NCBI GenBank assembly: GCA_965240325.2
Contig: OZ251223.1
Coordinates: forward strand, 2,356,001-2,420,000
DNA: 64,000 bases
Source: Rebecca billardiae RCC1528
Taxonomy: Eukaryota; Protista; Haptophyta
Reading direction: 5' to 3'
Part shown: positions 11,370-23,108 of the stretch, in pieces
How the letters are laid out: each line of letters opens with the position of its first letter
Position numbering within the stretch: the stretch's first letter is position 1
Notes under the pieces: generated by a model
What the model saw: only the letters and a program-made list of their open reading frames with translations
What the model was told of the DNA's origin: nothing
The model's database searches: none
Position numbers and translations under genes: made by a program

Positions 11370-11505
11370 GACAATATGCGACGATCACATATACTACGAC
11401 ATCAGTATCGTCAGTCATCATCTAATTCACGGGTGATACTGTATTATGCTCGCGTCGCATGTGCCAGGCTGCGCGGTGTCTCACTGATTGTTTGTTACTC
11501 CAGGC

Positions 11506-12444
11506 TCAGCCATGCCGCAGACGTGCCCAGCCCAGGTAGTTTGCACGCATGCGATGGTGCGACTGTTGAAAATCCCCGAGAGGCACGCGGCCGCCAAGCA
11601 GGCGCGCGACATCGATTGTGGGGGTCATCCCGACAAAGTGCGCACTGTCCACCTCAAAGCCGTGCCTTTGCAGCAGCAGCGAAAGCTCTTCAGGTCGGAT
11701 GTACAGCCGCCAATCATGCGTTCCGGGCGGCACGATCCTGAGGACGTCTTGGGCGAGCACGATGGTGAGCACGTAAGAGAGGACAGTGCGGTTGATTGTG
11801 TCAAAGATCAGCACGCCGCCAGGTTTCAGCACGCGCGCCACCTCCGACACGGCTGTCGGTAGGTCGTGCAGGTGCTCGAGGATATCCGACATGAGCACGC
11901 CATCAAACGAGCCAGCTTCGAATGCGGACAGGTCATACGCACTGCCCGTGTCGTAGCGCAGGTTCGAGGCCTTTCGGGATGCTGCCCGCTCACGCGCATA
12001 GGCAATTGCTTTCTCGGACAGGTCAATGCCATGCATGGGGTAGCCCAGGCCAGCCAGCTCCTCTGTGACGATTCCTCCACCGCATCCAATGTCCAGGAAG
12101 CGACGCGCCCCCGACGATGGCTCACAGCGCAGCTGATCGCGCCAGGCGGCGTGGAAGTAAGGCACGCGCGCTGGATTGAGAAGCTGCAGGCTCGCAAGGT
12201 GCTCGTTGTCCTCACGGTGCCAGCTGGCAGCCCACGCGTCATCGTCGTACAGCGCGTTGTCGATCGTGGTTTCGGATTCATCGATTCGCGCAAGTCGGTC
12301 AGGAAGCTCTGGAGGCGGGACGAGCTCAGGCAGCGCGCGCAGCACCCGGTGGACGGGCCAGAAGGCGTGCCACGGCTGCCACCCCCGAGTCGTCGCGTGC
12401 AGCGCGCGGCGCGCTCCGCGCGCGAACGGCGCGAGTGGAGCCAT
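11506..12444 (-). CDS. COQ3: Ubiquinone biosynthesis O-methyltransferase (UbiG/COQ3)
   Basis: LNPARVPYF, LDIGCGGG, DILEHL, LKPGG, TINRT and VPPGTHDW..YIRPEEL; mitochondrial-like N-terminus. Confidence 0.9.
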   Translation of the reverse strand: MAPLAPFARGARRALHATTRGWQPWHAFWPVHRVLRALPELVPPPELPDRLARIDESETTIDNALYDDDAWAASWHREDNEHLASLQLLNPARVPYFHAAWRDQLRCEPSSGARRFLDIGCGGGIVTEELAGLGYPMHGIDLSEKAIAYARERAASRKASNLRYDTGSAYDLSAFEAGSFDGVLMSDILEHLHDLPTAVSEVARVLKPGGVLIFDTINRTVLSYVLTIVLAQDVLRIVPPGTHDWRLYIRPEELSLLLQRHGFEVDSAHFVGMTPTIDVARLLGGRVPLGDFQQSHHRMRANYLGWARLRHG

Positions 12445-12564
12445 CGCTGTGCCGTCGCTGCGACAGCAGATGCGCGCCTTCGCCTCGCCGTCGTCGGGAG
12501 GCTCTTCGAAGTCCGGTCACCGGGGCTCGTCAGGAGCCACCCAGGGCAGTCACTACAAAAAATC

Positions 12565-14460
12565 CCCGCCAGCGGAGCATCGGGCAAGACCCAGACCCTC
12601 CGCCGGCGGAGATTTTTGTGGCCACGAAAAATCCCCGCTGGCGGAGCATGGAATGCTCCGCTGGCGGAGCCTGGGCCGTTGCCGAGGATTGACACAACAA
12701 ACTAGTTACCAGAAGTCTGTCAACCACCGAACAGCAGTCACCTCCGCTGGCGGAGCTCGCTAATGAGCCGTGCCTTTTGTAAACTAATACACTTGGCCGA
12801 CTTGAACTGAGCTCCGCTGGCGGAGCTTCGGGGGCGCCGAATGCCATTCTTGATGACCCACCTGACTTGAACTGAGCTCCGCTGGCGGAGCGTCGGTGGT
12901 CAGCGCCGTGTGTCATATTGGAGAAATAATGGTAATAAGCCTTTCAACGCATTCATACTCTGCTGTGCCACACATTCAACCTCCGCTGGCGGAGCTCACT
13001 GGCCTATTCGACTTGAACTGAGCTCCACTGGTGGAGCCTCGGCTGCGCCGAATGTCCTTAATCGATGACCCATTCTCGACTTGAGCTGAGCTCCCCTGGC
13101 GGAGCTTTGGTGGCGCCGCATGTCATATTGGAGTAACGCGGAAGCGTCAACCGTAGTCATATCTATATTGATACTCAACCTCCGCTGGCGGAGCTCGCGT
13201 ACCTACTAGTATTCAACTTTAACTGAGCTCCGCTGGCGGAGCCTCTGCTGTGTCGAATGTCCTTATCGATGGCCCACTTCTTGACTTGATGAGCTGCTGA
13301 GCTCCGCTGGCGGAGCTTTGGTGGCGCCGCATGTCATATTGGAGTATGATGCGAAGTCGTTAACCGTAATCATATCCATATATATCGACACTCAACCTCC
13401 GCTGGCGGAGCTCACGGACCTATTCGACTTGAACTGAGCTCCGCTGGCGGAGCCTCGGGCTGTGTCGAATGTCCTTATCGATGGCCCACATCTTGACTTG
13501 AGCTGAGCTCCGCTGGCGGAGCTTTGGTGGCGCCGCATGTCATATATTGGAGTAATGCGAAATCGTCAACAGCAATCATATCCATATTGGCACTCAACCT
13601 CCGCTGGCGGAGCTTGCTGACCTATTCGACTTGAACTGAGCTCCGCTGGCGGAGCCTCGGCTGCGCCGAATGTCCTTATCGATGGCTCACTTGACTTGAG
13701 CTGGGCTCCGCTGGCGGAGCTTTGGTGGCGCCGCATGTCATATTGGAGTAATGCAACGCCGTTAACTACTACCGTAATCATATCCATATTGACACTCAAC
13801 CTCCGCTGGCGGAGCTCGCGGGCCTATTCAACTTGAACTGAGCTCCGCTGGCGGAGCCTCGGCTGCGCCGAATGTCTTTATCGATGGCCCACGACTTGAC
13901 TTCAGCTGAGCTCCGCTGGCGGAGCTTTGGTGGCACCGAATGTCATATTGGAGTAATGCGAAGTCGTTAACCGTAATACTATCCATATTGACACTCAACC
14001 TCCGCTGGCGGAGCTCGCGGGCCTATTCAACTTGAACTGAGCTCCGCTGGCGGAGCCTCGGCTGCGCCGAATGTCTTTATCGATGGCCCACGACTTGACT
14101 TGAGCTGAGCTCCGCTGGCGGAGCTTTGGTGGCGCCGCATGTCATATTGGAGTAATGCAACGCCGTTAACTACTACCGTAATCATATCCATATTGACACT
14201 CAACCTCCGCTGGCGGAGCTCGCGGGCCTATTCAACTTGAACTGAGCTCCGCTGGCGGAGCCTCGGCTGCGCCGAATGTCTTTATCGATGGCCCACGACT
14301 TGACTTCAGCTGAGCTCCGCTGGCGGAGCTTTGGTGGCACCGAATGTCATATTGGAGTAATGCGAAGTCGTTAACCGTAATACTATCCATATTGACACTC
14401 AACCTCCGCTGGCGGAGCTCGCGGACCTATTCAACTTGAACTGAGCTCCGCTGGCGGAGC
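12565..14460 (+). repeat. Left-arm array: ~200-bp units, each with three CTCCGC-TG-GCGGAG hairpins (~30 motifs)
   Basis: Unit starts (ACTCAACCTCCGCTGGCGGAG) at ~12976, 13173, 13390, 13593, 13795, 13993, 14198 and 14397. Confidence 0.92.
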
Positions 14461-15099
14461 CTCTGCTTGTGGTTTGCTGCAATTGGGGCTGGGCAGCCTG
14501 GGCTCAGCATGGGGCAGCTGTTCACAGCCCAGGCGGGGCGTCACCGCCTGTGAGCCGTCGGTGGGCAGGGCCGACGGCGTCGCAGAGCTCCTGCGTGGGA
14601 GCAGCGCGTTATTGAGGAAGCGATCAAGGTCGAGAAGGAAGGGGCAAGCAGCAGGGGCTGCCTGTACGTTTGTACATGCCTCCACACCGGTGCACATCAC
14701 CCTTGCTCACTGCAGTCGTGAACAGTGCTGCCACTCATCTCATCATCGCTCACCATGCAGTGACGGCCGAGCTGCGGCGAACTCTCACAGGCACCGAACA
14801 CGCATCGGCTGTGCCCGCTGGTGCTGGCATGCGCTGTCCTCTACTTGCTGTCGGACAGCAAGGAGACGGCACAGCCGCATCTGCGAGCGGGCGAGGTGAT
14901 GCTGTCCAGTGTCCTCTGCTCAGCGAGGCTGAGAGGCTGAGCACGGATCACGGATAGTGAGCCCTGGTATCTCAACGCATCCAGGAGAGCAGTTGGTGCA
15001 TGCCTGTGCTCAGACGTGCAGGACCAACCATCCGGTGCTGATTCAAGCACCCGCGCCAACAGCGGCGGCACTCAACTCCACGCTGCTGATGCGGCCGCA

Positions 15100-16572
15100 C
15101 AGCTGCAGGGATGGTACCACGGCGGGCGACGGCGGGCGCTGCAGCTGGCAGCTCGGTGGTGCCTGCCCGAGGGGCCTGGGCGCCGGGCGCACCGAGCGCG
15201 ATGACGCCTCTCGCATCGCCCAGCGCGCTGGAGCCGCTGTCATCCGACGCTGCTGTGCCCGCGCCCAGCTTGGGCTGCAGCAGCTGCGCTCGACTCTGCG
15301 CAGAGTGCGGCGGCAGCAGAGGGGATGGTGCCACCGCGGGCTGCGGCAGGCGCTGCAGCTGGCAGCTCGGTGGTGCGCGCCCGAGGGGCCTGGGCGCTGG
15401 GCGCAGCGAGCGCGGTGACGTTGCTCGCCTCGCCCAGCGCGCTGGAGCCGCTGCCACCGGGCGCTGCTGTGCCCGCGTCGAGCGTGGGCTGCCGCAGCTG
15501 CGCTCGACTCCGCGCCGAGTGCGGTGGCAGCAGGGATGTTGCCACGTCGGGCGGCGGCTATCACTTTGGCTGGCAGCTCGGTGGTGCCTGCCCGAGGGGC
15601 CTGGGCGGTGGACGCACCGAGCGCGATGACGTTGCTCGCCTCGCCCAGCGCGCTGGAGCCGCTGCCATCCGGCGCTGCGGTGTCCGCGCCCAGCCGGAGC
15701 AGCACGAGGTGCGTTCGACTCCGCACCCGTGCGGCGGCAGCAGCAGGGATGGTACCACGGCGCGAGCGGCGGCAGTCGCTGCAGCTGGTAGCTCGGCGGT
15801 GCCTACCCGAGGGACCTGGGCGACGGACGCGTCGAGCGAGCTGACGCCCCTCGCTTCCCCTATCACGCTCGAGCCGCTGCCATTTGATGCTGCTGCGCCG
15901 TTCGGGCAGCTGCAGACTCTGCGCAGTCTGCGCTCGACTCCACGCCGCGTGCGGCCGCAGGCAGCAGCAGCAGCGGGCCCGAGGGGCCTGGGTCACGGAC
16001 GCACCGAGCACAGTGACGCCTCTCGCCTCGCCCAGCGCGCTGGAGCCGCTGCCACCGGGCGCTGCTGCGCCCGCATCCAGCTTGGGCTGCAGCAGGCCGC
16101 TCAATCAACTTCACGCCGAGTGCGGCGGCAGCAGCAGGGATGTTGCCACGGCGGGCGGCGGCTATCACTTTGGCTGGCAGCTCGGTGGTGCCTGCCCGAG
16201 GGGCCTGGGTGGTGGACGCACCGAGCGCGGTGACGTTGCTCGCCTCGCCCAGCGCGCTGGAGCCGCTGCCATCCGGCGCTGCGGTGTCCGCGCCCAGCCG
16301 GAGCAGCACGAGATGCGCTCGACTCCGCACCCGTGCGGCGGCAGCAGCAGGGATTGTACCACGGCGAGCGGCGGCAGTCGCTGCAGCTGGTAGCTCGGCG
16401 GTGCCTGCCCAAGGGACCTGGGCGACGGACGCGCCGAGCGAGCTGACGCCCCTCGCTTCCCCTATCACGCTCGAGCCGCTGCCATTTGATGCTGCTGAAC
16501 CGTTCGGGCAGCTGCGGACTCTGCGCTCGACTCCACGCCGCGTGCGGCCGCAGGCAGCAGCAGCAGCAGGCT
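15100..16572 (+). repeat. GC-rich ~210-215-bp tandem satellite with a ~600-bp higher-order duplication
   Basis: GCTGG(C/T)AGCTCGG(T/C)GGTGC recurs at ~15143, 15358, 15569, 15784, 16173 and 16386; inverted copies lie at ~17440-18330. Confidence 0.85.
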
Positions 16573-18978
16573 GGTAATTAACAGCTGCTGCTCAGATCTC
16601 CGTGACTGCTCGGTTGCTGCGTATGAGCCAGGTGAGTGAGCCGCTGAGTCGCAGGGGCCGCGTGAATTGACTTGCGACCGCACGCCGGTATATAGGCTTA
16701 AGACGGCGTACGTCCGAGTCCCGATCAGCAGCGCAGGAGTTTTGAGAACGCGGTGACGAGTCACACGCAGCTACTCTTATTATGATGGCGCTATACTTTT
16801 TTCTGTACGTATAGTGGTAGTAAGTTACGACTACGCTGCCAGCCTCGCCCTCAGCATTACATTGACGGCGTATATGGTAGCGCAGGTCCGCCTGATGACC
16901 GTTTTATTGCGCGCGCATCTTCATGATGATGACGATATGACGATAACGACTCCTCCGACTCCTGAGTCACATAAGTGTGACACCGCCACTGGATGACACG
17001 GGCTACTTACGTACTCAGCTCAGATCATGCGCGCCTGCTATTCGTAGTCGGGCTCCGGTCAGCGGGGAGCGCGCGGCGCATCATCATCATCAGTCGCTAT
17101 CTGATGCATATCCGCGGCGCAGTGATGTCGTAGTACTGATGATGCGTGCGCTGAGATCTGGGCCGCGGCACTTCGGCGCGCCTTGCTCGGCCTCACCGAC
17201 GCCGGGCCGTACTTGTTCGCGCGCCCGGCGCCGGGCTAGCTCAAAGAGCTGACCGCAGCGGCTCCCGTGCCCCGGAAGGCCTGCGGCCCTCACAGGTCAT
17301 TGGCAGGCAGCAGTGTCCGGGGCTGAGGCCTGCCGGGTTCTCCCCGATTCGAATTCACCAATGTGAGCGATGGTACCGCCTGCTGCCGTCAGCCGGCGGA
17401 AGAAGTGTCACAACGGCTGCTGCTGGCCAGCATATCGGACGCGTGCATCGGCGTCACCGCATTGGGCGCGTCTGCCGCCCAGGCCCCTCGCGCGCACACA
17501 ACCGAGCTGATCGCTGCATCCACCTCCGCCGCCGCCAGTGGCGCCTTCCCTGCTGCTGCAGCCACATTCGGCGCGAGTCGAGCGCAGCTGCTGCTGCCTA
17601 GGCCGGTCACGCCCCTCGGGCGCGCACCACCGAGCTGCCAGCTGCATCGACCGCCACCACCCGCCGAGGCATCATCCCTCCCACTGGCGCGGAGTCGAGC
17701 GCAGCTGCCAGCTGTGACAGCTAGCTGCCCCGGCGGGGCGCGGAGCCGCGGACACCGCAGCGCCGGATGGCAGCGGCTCCAGCGCGCTGGGCGAGGCGAG
17801 CAACGTCATCGCGCTCGGTGCGTCCACCGCCCAGGCCCCTCGGACAGGCACCACCGAGCTGCCAGCCAAAGTGATAGCCGCCGCCCGACGTGGCAACATC
17901 CCTGCTGCCACCGCACTCGGCGCGGAGTCGAGCGCAGCTGCGGCAGCCCACGCTCGACGCGGGCACAGCAGCGCCCGGTGGCAGCGGCTCCAGCGCGCTG
18001 GGCGAGGCGAGCAACGTCACCGCGCTCGCTGCGCCCAGCGCCCAGGCCCCTCGGGCGCGCACCACCGAGCTGCCAGCTGCAGCGCCTGCCGCAGCCCGCG
18101 GTGGCACCATCCCCTCTGCTGCCGCCGCACTCTGCGCAGAGTCGAGCGCAGCTGCTGCAGCCCAAGCTGGGCGCGGGCACAGCAGCGTCGGATGACAGCG
18201 GCTCCAGCGCGCTGGGCGATGCGAGAGGCGTCATCGCGCTCGGTGCGCCCGGCGCCCAGGCCCCTCGGGCAGGCACCACCGAGCTGCCAGCTGCAGCGCC
18301 CGCCGTCGTCCGCCGTGGTACCATCCCTGCAGCTGTGCGGCCGCATCAGCAGCGTGGAGTTGAGTGCCGCCGCTGTTGGCGCGGGTGCTTGAATCAGCAC
18401 CGGATGGTTGGTCCTGCACGTCTGAGCACAGGCATGCACCAACTGCTCTCCTGGATGCGTTGAGATACCAGGGCTCACTATCCGTGATCCGTGCTCAGCC
18501 TCTCAGCCTCGCTGAGCAGAGGACACTGGACAGCATCACCTCGCCCGCTCGCAGATGCGGCTGTGCCGTCTCCTTGCTGTCCGACAGCAAGTAGAGGACA
18601 GCGCATGCCAGCACCAGCGGGCACAGCCGATGCGTGTTCGGTGCCTGTGAGAGTTCGCCGCAGCTCCGAGCTCGGCCTTCACTGCATGGTGAGCGATGAT
18701 GAGATGAGTGGCAGCACTGTTCACGACTGCAGTGAGCAAGGGTGATGTGCACCTGTGTGGAGGCATGTACAAACGTACAGGCAGCCCCTGCTGCTTGCCC
18801 CTTCCTTCTCGACCTTGATCGCTTCCTCGACGCGCTGCTCCCACGCATGAGCTCTGCGACGCCGTCGGCCCTGCCCACCGACGGCTCACAGGCGGTGACG
18901 CCCCGCCTGGGCTGTGAACAGCTGCCCCATGCTGAGCCCAGGCTGCCCAGCCCCAATTGCAGCAAACCACAAGCAGAG

Positions 18979-20796
18979 GCTCCGCCAGCGGAGCTCAGTT
19001 CAAGTTGAATAGGTCCGCGAGCTCCGCCAGCGGAGGTTGAGTGTCAATATGGATAGTATTACGGTTAACGACTTCGCATTACTCCAATATGACATTCGGT
19101 GCCACCAAAGCTCCGCCAGCGGAGCTCAGCTGAAGTCAAGTCGTGGGCCATCGATAAAGACATTCGGCGCAGCCGAGGCTCCGCCAGCGGAGCTCAGTTC
19201 AAGTTGAATAGGCCCGCGAGCTCCGCCAGCGGAGGTTGAGTGTCAATATGGATATGATTACGGTAGTTAACGGCGTTGCATTACTCCAATATGACATGCG
19301 GCGCCACCAAAGCTCCGCCAGCGGAGCTCAGCTCAAGTCAAGTCGTGGGCCATCGATAAAGACATTCGGCGCAGCCGAGGCTCCGCCAGCGGAGCTCAGT
19401 TCAAGTTGAATAGGCCCGCGAGCTCCGCCAGCGGAGGTTGAGTGTCAATATGGATATGATTACGGTAGTTAACGGCGTTGCATTACTCCAATATGACATG
19501 CGGCGCCACCAAAGCTCCGCCAGCGGAGCTCAGCTCAAGTCAAGTGGGCCATCGATAAGGACATTCGGCGCAGCCGAGGCTCCGCCAGCGGAGCTCAGTT
19601 CAAGTTGAATAGGCCCGCGAGCTCCGCCAGCGGAGGTTGAGTGTCAATATGGATATGATTACGGTAGTTAACGGCTTTGCATTACTCCAATATGACATGC
19701 GGCGCCAGCAAAGCTCCGCCAGCGGAGCTCAGCTCAAGTCAAGACGTGGGCCATCAATAAGGACATTCGGCGGAGCCGAGGCTCCGCCAGCGGAGCTCAG
19801 TTCAAGTCGAATAGGCCAGTGAGCTCCGCCAGCGGAGGTTGAGTATCAATATGGATATGATTACGGTTGACGGCTTCGCATTACTCCAATATGACATGCG
19901 GCGCCACCAAAGCTCCGCCAGCGGAGCTCAGCTCAAGTCGAATAGGTCAGTGAGCTCGGCCAGCGGAGGTTGAGTGTCAATATGGATATGATTATGGTTA
20001 AAGGCTTCACATTATTCCCATAAATGGCATGCGGCGCCACCAAAGCTCCGTCAGCGGAGCTCAGCTCAAGTCAAGACGTCGGCCATCGATAAGGACATTC
20101 GACACACCCCGAGGCTCCGCCAGCGGAGCTCAGTTAAAGTTGAATACTAGTAGGTCGTCCGCGAGCTCCGCCAGCGGAGGTTGAGTCTCAATATAGATAT
20201 GACTACGGTTGACGCTTCCGCGTTACTCCAATATGACATGCGGCGCCACCAAAGCTCCGCCAGGGGAGCTCAGCTCAAGTCGAGAGTGGGTCATCGATTA
20301 AGGACATTCGGCGCAGCCGAGGCTCCACCAGTGGAGCTCAGTTCAAGTCGAATAGGCCAGTGAGCTCCGCCAGCGGAGGTTGAATGTGTGGCACAGCAGA
20401 GTATGAATGCGTTGAAAGGCTTAGCATTATTTCTCCGATATGACACACGGCGCTGACCACCGACGCTCCGCCAGCGGAGCTCAGTTCAAGTCAGGTGGGT
20501 CATCAAGAATGGCATTCGGCGCCCCCGAAGCTCCGCCAGCGGAGCTCAGTTCAAGTGCCGAGTGTATTCGTTTACAAAAGGCACGGCTCATTAGCGAGCT
20601 CCGCCAGCGGAGGTGACTGCTGTTCGGTGGTTGACAGACTTCTGGTACCATAACTAGTTTGTTGTGTCATTCCTGCAAGCCCAGGCTCCGGCCAGCGGAG
20701 CATTCCATGCTCCGCCAGCGGGGATTTTTCGTGGCCACAAAAATCTCCGCCGGCGGAGGGTCTGGGCCCCTTGCCCGGATGCTCCGCTGGCGGAGA
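18979..20796 (-). repeat. Right-arm array of CTCCGC-CA-GCGGAG hairpin units
   Basis: Reverse complement of the left array, with a different mix of unit variants. Confidence 0.92.
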
Positions 20797-20842
20797 CTTT
20801 TTGTAGTGACTCTTCTGAGCCACCCGTCCCAGGAGCCCAGTA

Positions 20843-23108
20843 CAGGTGCTATGGCCTATTTCTGGACGATGCCGTTTTCTGGACAAGCGCGTGGCCATGG
20901 TGAAGCGCACCGACGAGTCGCCCGCCAAGCGGCGCAAGACGCCAGCAGCGCGCATCGCCAACCCCCGGAACCAGGCGGAGTACGCCATCAACAAGTCCAA
21001 CCACGACGAGAAGCAGCGGCAGCTGCGCACGGCGCTGAAGTGGTGCCGCGATGAGGCAGACGCGGGGCGTGCGAAGGGCGCGGTCGACCGCGCGATCAGC
21101 TCGGATCGGTGGCCCGCCTTCATCACGTCTACCTCAGCCCGCCGGACACGACGGGGCTGACGCAGCCGCTCGACCAGATCAACCAGGTGCTGCACTACTA
21201 CTGCTCGGTGAGTACCAAGAAGTGGGCGCGCTACCAGCAGTCGAAGCTGCTCGCGCAGCGCATGCGCGAGGTGCGCGCCGATCTCGGCGACGATGAGATC
21301 AACCTCGAGGACGCAGTCGACGGCGACGGCGATGACGACGAGGATGAGGGCGGCAGCGACGACGACGGCGACGGGGGCGACGACTCGGACGAGGAGGGGC
21401 GGCGGCGCGCGGCGGGCGAGGGCGCGAAGAAGTCTCTCTCGAAGCGCGACTTCCTCCTTCTCCTGGGTACTCGTGGGAGGGCTTCTGTAAGAAGGAGAGC
21501 GTCATCGGCGCCTTCAAGCGCTGCGGCATCACCGCGAGCGGCGTCGACATCGGCTTGATGCAGCAGGACAAGTTCGCGGCCGCCGATCTGCTGCTCAACC
21601 CCGAGCGCGTGTTCGAGGCTGCTCCCGCGGCCGCGGAGGGCGCCGGCCACCGCGGTGCGGTGCGCCGCGCGATCGACTACGGCGCCGGTGGCATCCCGGC
21701 CGAGTACACGCCCGTGTCCTCCACCCACCGTGCCGGCTCGACGATCGACCTGCAGCACCGTCTCTCCGAGCAGCAGAAGGTGATCGAGAGCCTCCGTGCT
21801 CAGATCAAGTGGCACGAGACGACGGTCAAGACGCCCAACGCCGAGGAGGCGGAGGCGCTGCTGCCGTTCGACGTCGTGGGCAAGAAGGTCCAGGGCGGCC
21901 GGAAGCGCGCAAACAAAGAGAAGTTCGGCTCGGCCGAGCTGGGGTGCTTCCTCGAGGGCCAGGAGGCAGCCGATGAGGCGGCTGTGACGGCGGCCGCCGA
22001 TGCCGAGGCAAAGCGCGCTGCGAAGGCGCTACGGCGCGCCGAGACCGAGGCCGCGGCAGCTGCGAACTTCGACCATCGCGATGCGCTCGAGCGCGCCTTC
22101 AAGGCCTGCGAGAGGGCGCGCGCCAACTCGGCTGAGCCATGCGCGTGCGGCGCAGATTTGGCCGCGACGTGCACGTGCCGGACGCATCACTTCTGCCCGC
22201 ATTGCAGGCGCGTGCAGAAGACGGCATGCAAGAAGCAGAAGTGCCAGCCGCATCTCGTGGGTGCGCCTTCGGACGAGGCTGTCATCGACATCGACATGAC
22301 AATCACGATCAGGATGACGCTTAGACCCTAGCAGTAGGTTTATATCACGGGGGTAGCTGTCGTTAACGACTCGCCGCAGCGGAGTGATGACAAGCCTAGT
22401 CTTTGATATATGATCGGCCGGGACGAGACTGCTCGCGTACTCGTCTGTCTCGTGTGTCACGGCAGTCCAGTGCTCCGCACGCATCCGACACACAGGGGCG
22501 TCAGCATCGGCCGACGCCGACGGCGCGCCGCTTCAGGCCGCGCGCAGCAGCGCACGGTTACCCCGGAGTGGATGGCGACGCTGTCGCAGGAGGGTGTGGG
22601 CTCACAGAACTGGTGATCTAGCACATGGTCGGCTGATGAGACCGATCGCGTGCAGAGCTCAGCTATCAGATAGCTGCATGACAACGCCGGTGCTTTGTGA
22701 GAACGCGCGCGCGTAGCATGTGCCAGGCACCGAACGCAGGTGAATGGACTACTGTAGTGGAGCAGAGAACGCGTGGTATATGCCTGGACTAGGTCGTCAA
22801 GTAAGTCCAGCGAGCTACTGCGGCCCTTGCTGTCCGGTCTCAAGCATTCCTGGCCCACCCAACATGCGCGCACAGCTTCACGACCGCACGTGCACGGTTT
22901 GTCCAGAAAACGGCATGTGCCCAGATCTGGGCTATGACGAAGTCGAGCACGTTGCTCACCAACGCGATGGCCGATGACGATGAGACTTCGTGTGCCTACC
23001 TTTAGCTCCACGCTGGTTGGCGTGGTGGCATCGTGGGCGGGCTAGTCCGCCATGGCTGGACGTGAGAGCTACTTGGATTTTCCGTCCAGAAATAGGCCAT
23101 AGCACCTG
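20843..23108 (+). mobile_element. pogo/Fot1-like (Tc1-mariner superfamily) transposon, internally deleted
   Basis: Perfect 26-bp TIR CAGGTGCTATGGCCTATTTCTGGACG / 23083-23108; TA on both flanks (20841-42, 23109-10); inner IR ATGCCGTTTTCTGGACAA / ~22900-22918. Confidence 0.92.
20897..22331 (+). pseudogene. Frameshifted pogo-type DDE transposase remnant
   Basis: YLSPPDTTGLTQPLDQ resembles the pogo LPxxTTxxLQPLD motif, followed by VIGAFKRCGI, a coiled coil and a Cys-rich C-terminus. The N-terminal catalytic part is missing and there are at least two frame changes. Confidence 0.8.

Larger units (their letters stand above)
12551..20808. mobile_element. Giant non-coding foldback element with CACTA (EnSpm) termini
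   Basis: Starts CACTACAAAAA and ends TTTTTGTAGTG. Arms 12551-15688 and 17747-20808 are reverse complements. Flanks are AGT/ACT. Confidence 0.85.

Noticed and set aside
12740-14460. CRISPR array (palindromic repeats with intervening sequences)
   Set aside because: The intervening sequences are themselves repeated in a fixed three-part cycle, the repeat is only 14-18 bp, there are no cas genes, and the context is eukaryotic.
14957-18478. Ala-rich ORFs in the centre of the giant palindrome
   Set aside because: Translations of a satellite whose units do not keep frame; no transposase motifs.
12534-20825. GAGCCACCC as a 9-bp TSD of the giant palindrome
   Set aside because: The copies lie 8 bp away from each terminus rather than abutting them; probably chance.
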